DNA from: an uncultured virus (IMG/VR IMGVR_UViG_3300037524_000956)
Taxonomy: Duplodnaviria > Heunggongvirae > Uroviricota > Caudoviricetes
Reading direction: 5' to 3' (one strand)
IMG/VR virus record: IMGVR_UViG_3300037524_000956
DNA length: 20,000 nt
Made by a program: the position numbers and the translations under genes. Shown in pieces: positions 17,861-20,000 of the stretch. The first letter of the stretch is position 1. Every line of letters begins with the position of its first letter. The notes under the pieces are model-generated. The model did no database searches. It was not told where the DNA came from and was given only the letters and a program-made list of their open reading frames with translations.

Positions 17861-18219
17861 TGTTTTTAGCGGGTTACTGCTAGATTATGTATGTACAATG
17901 TACATTTGATTTATTGGCTCCAGTTAGTTTTGACCTGTAGGTCTATAATATAAACACACTCACGAAAACAAAGGGGTGGGGGTCTAAAGAGGAACCAAGA
18001 GTCGGAAACGATAGGAAGCACCTGGTGCGAGCGAGCCAGGAATACATGGCGCTAGTGGGCGATGGTTGGCATGGTGTTTGCAACGCGGGCGCGTGCGCGG
18101 GTACGTTATACATGCGCGTTGCGGGTGTAGGTGTGTACATACCATTGGCTGTGTTATCCTGCATACGAGCCTTGCGTATTGATGAAACGGTTTAATTGTT
18201 TTGTATGTATGAAAACCTG

Positions 18220-18248
18220 TTGACAAATGAAAACCCCCGTCGTATGAT
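18220..18248 (+). promoter_or_regulatory. Rightward sigma70-type promoter
   Basis: TTGACA (18220-18225), 17 nt spacer, TATGAT (18243-18248), AT-rich upstream. Confidence 0.85.
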
Positions 18249-18306
18249 TCGTTCATGGTCATTGAGACCATGAAACGAACCGATTTTTTACCACTTGGAG
18301 AGTAAA

Positions 18307-18693
18307 ATGCGAACCGTAACGATTGAATTACCTGAAGCGTATGAAATTACTAGCGCCAAAGACGCGCCAAGTGAATATCGCACGGTCAAAACCGCAAGCT
18401 GGACCGCTGAAATCATACTCAACGCGGTTGAGTTTGGGCTGTCGGAGAGCATAGGCAACACATGGTCCGTCAGCAAGAAAGATGTTGAGACGCTCAAAGC
18501 ACGCCACGAGGCGATTGAACGTGGTGATTGGGCCAGAAAGGGAGCAAAAAGCAGCATTAGCGACGCAAAACTGGCTGAGCGTGTTGCCAAAATTGACATT
18601 GCCAAGCTTTTGGCGATGTTGTCGCCGGAGCAGCATAAGGCAATTTTGGCTGCCGGCGGTGATATTTCCGTAGTTACCACCAAACAAAGTTAA
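18307..18693 (+). CDS. Hypothetical (probably early) protein, 128 aa
   Basis: GGAG RBS (18297-18300) and ATG 18307, directly after the promoter. Confidence 0.85.
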   Translation: MRTVTIELPEAYEITSAKDAPSEYRTVKTASWTAEIILNAVEFGLSESIGNTWSVSKKDVETLKARHEAIERGDWARKGAKSSISDAKLAERVAKIDIAKLLAMLSPEQHKAILAAGGDISVVTTKQS

Positions 18694-18730
18694 TTCAACC
18701 GCGCCCGCAAGGGCGCACGAGGAGAAAACC

Positions 18731-18898
18731 ATGTATATCCTAGTCAATAATGGTAAGTTTTTTGCGGGCAAAGAGAATAACAAGCTAATATGGACGGATC
18801 TATCCATGCTAAAATGTTATCCATGCCAGGTTATTCTGTATCCATCGCAAGATAGCCTTGATGAAGACAGATTTACTACCCCCAAACCTGCCAGGTGA
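18731..18898 (+). CDS. Hypothetical protein (55 aa, MYILVNNGKFFAGKENNKLIWTD...)
   Basis: Translated by hand. GAGGAG RBS, and it ends just before the terminator. Confidence 0.7.
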   Translation: MYILVNNGKFFAGKENNKLIWTDLSMLKCYPCQVILYPSQDSLDEDRFTTPKPAR

Positions 18899-18923
18899 AT
18901 TGATTAAACCCGAATAATCCATT

Positions 18924-18953
18924 AAAAACCCGTCGCGAGGCGGGTTTTTTATT
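18924..18953 (+). terminator. Rho-independent terminator (potentially bidirectional)
   Basis: AAAAACCCGTC-GCGA-GGCGGGTTTTTT: GC stem, GNRA loop, T6 tract, preceded by A5. Confidence 0.9.
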
Positions 18954-18995
18954 GCCTGCGTATTACTAGAATAAACCATTAAACCGATTTCTAAT

Positions 18996-19043
18996 TGTTT
19001 CACGGGAAATATTTACCATTTTCTAGTTGTTTCCCGTGAAACA
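18996..19043. promoter_or_regulatory. Two parS-like 16-mers: TGTTTCACGGGAAATA (18996-19011) and TGTTTCCCGTGAAACA (19028-19043)
   Basis: 2 and 1 mismatches respectively to the chromosomal parS consensus TGTTTCACGTGAAACA. Confidence 0.65.
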
Positions 19044-19198
19044 TTCATAAAAAAACCACTAAATAACATATTGACAATATACATTATACCAATAATGGTA
19101 TACTGTTGAAAAATAAAATAAAAAAAAAACATGGCATATTGTCAAAATAAAAATTCATGATTATTTTAACGTAACATATTGAAAAATAAAACAATTTA

Positions 19199-19560
19199 AA
19201 ATTCTCCACCAGCACTCCAGCAGCACTCCAGCTTCACCCCACCATATAGCATCAAACTCCATCAAATCCACCAGCCAATTTTACAAAACACAAAACACAA
19301 AAAACAACGCAAACACCCATATATAAGAAATACGATTCTGACCCCCTGAGCGATTCAGGCAATACGATTCCCTTATATAAAAAAAAAAAATTATGTAAGA
19401 TATATACATTAGGCACTCTACAAGCAATATGTTTACCTACATCCCGCAATCGTATTTACGTTATGCGTTGTGCGCAAAAAATCTTTGGTGGATTTCGTGG
19501 AGTTAGGTAGATTATGCTGGAGGGTTGAAAGAGGGTTGGAAGAGTGCTTGTGAAGAATTT
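19199..19560. repeat. Large degenerate inverted repeat around an AT-rich core (candidate replication origin)
   Basis: Arms 19199-19273 and 19486-19560 align without gaps at about 52/75 by hand count, including two 17/19 blocks. Inner pairs are ACAACGCA and AAATACGATT. A12 tract at the centre. Confidence 0.7.
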
Positions 19561-19741
19561 GGCGTTGGTGGCACGTTCGCCCCGGAACCATGTATCATAT
19601 CGCCGTAAACCCCAAACGCCGAAAATCGCCGTTTTGCCCGGTTCCTGCCCCATTCCACACCACACAACCGCCGGAATTCGCCGCCGGTTGCCCGCAACCC
19701 GCCCGCAAACCATTAAACCAAAATGACCCCATAAAAATAAA

Positions 19742-19769
19742 TTGACAATACATTGCATTGTCATATAAT
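19742..19769 (+). promoter_or_regulatory. Perfect-consensus sigma70 promoter with overlapping palindromic operator
   Basis: TTGACA, 16 nt spacer, TATAAT, with an A-rich UP element. Palindrome TGACAAT-N7-ATTGTCA at 19743-19763. Confidence 0.85.
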
Positions 19770-19846
19770 ACCCGTATCGCCCGCATACCGCGAGCGTTTA
19801 ACCTCGCGAGTCAATCCTCAACACCAGCGAATTTTGGCATCGCCTT

Positions 19847-20000
19847 ATGCGCAACGCCGACGGTTCGCCCGCCAGGTGCCGCAAGAGCGGAAAGATGCAG
19901 ACTTGGAAAACCCGCCCGAAAGACTTTTCCCAACCTGTCAAGCACGGGCTTAAAGAATCATTCCGGCTAACCCCAGAAAACGCCCAAGACTGGGTTGTTG
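19847..20000 (+). CDS. Partial hypothetical phage protein (MRNADGSPARCRKSGKMQTWKTRPKDFSQPVKHGLKESF...), runs off the window
   Basis: Frame is open from 19802 to the window end, downstream of the strong promoter. RNADG..RC...GK..TWKTRP..F..PVKHGL resembles an uncharacterised phage family I recall. Start uncertain. Confidence 0.6.
   Translation, partial: MRNADGSPARCRKSGKMQTWKTRPKDFSQPVKHGLKESFRLTPENAQDWVV

Noticed and set aside
375..17883. Numerous + strand ORFs in the track (e.g. 6453-7019, 9901-10356, 10543-11037, 12874-13329)
   Set aside because: They are antisense shadows of the tightly packed - strand genes, with no RBS or recognisable motifs.
17943..18807. - strand ORFs 17943-18164, 17984-18271, 18288-18683, 18328-18807
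   Set aside because: They overlap the promoter region or are antisense to + strand genes that have a promoter, RBS and terminator.
19199..19560. Large palindrome as structured ncRNA, CRISPR array or protelomerase site
   Set aside because: Mismatches are non-compensatory, there is no repeat-spacer periodicity, and there is no long perfect central palindrome.
19252..19786. Short ORFs within the repeat-rich region
   Set aside because: Low-complexity translations with no RBS. The region is better explained as cis-acting DNA.
19905..19955. GGAAAACCCGCCCGAAAG resembling a c-di-GMP-I riboswitch P2
   Set aside because: The complementary strand and the GACGCAAA segment are missing, and the sequence reads as coding.

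Overview
Structural and packaging half of a tailed dsDNA phage (Caudoviricetes). No tape measure or sheath gene is visible, so it is probably short-tailed. The lambda-R-type endolysin and lipoprotein point to a Gram-negative host. A long leftward (- strand) operon starts at a sigma70-type promoter near 17860. It runs: PD-(D/E)XK nuclease, small ORFs, terS, terL, a three-gene insert, portal, scaffold, N4-gp56-type major capsid protein, decoration/head-completion genes, two paralogous adaptor-like genes, endolysin/holin/lipoprotein, small hypotheticals, a beta-helix tailspike-like gene and a 22-aa-repeat fibre-like gene. The insert between terL and portal contains a clear DfrB (R67-type, trimethoprim-insensitive DHFR) homologue. 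A divergent rightward unit (18220-18950) is followed by an ~800 bp non-coding region. That region holds two parS-like 16-mers and a ~360 bp degenerate inverted repeat with 11-bp phased units around an A-tract (candidate origin). It ends in a perfect-consensus promoter overlapped by a palindromic operator. All family assignments come from motif recognition by eye, not database searches.
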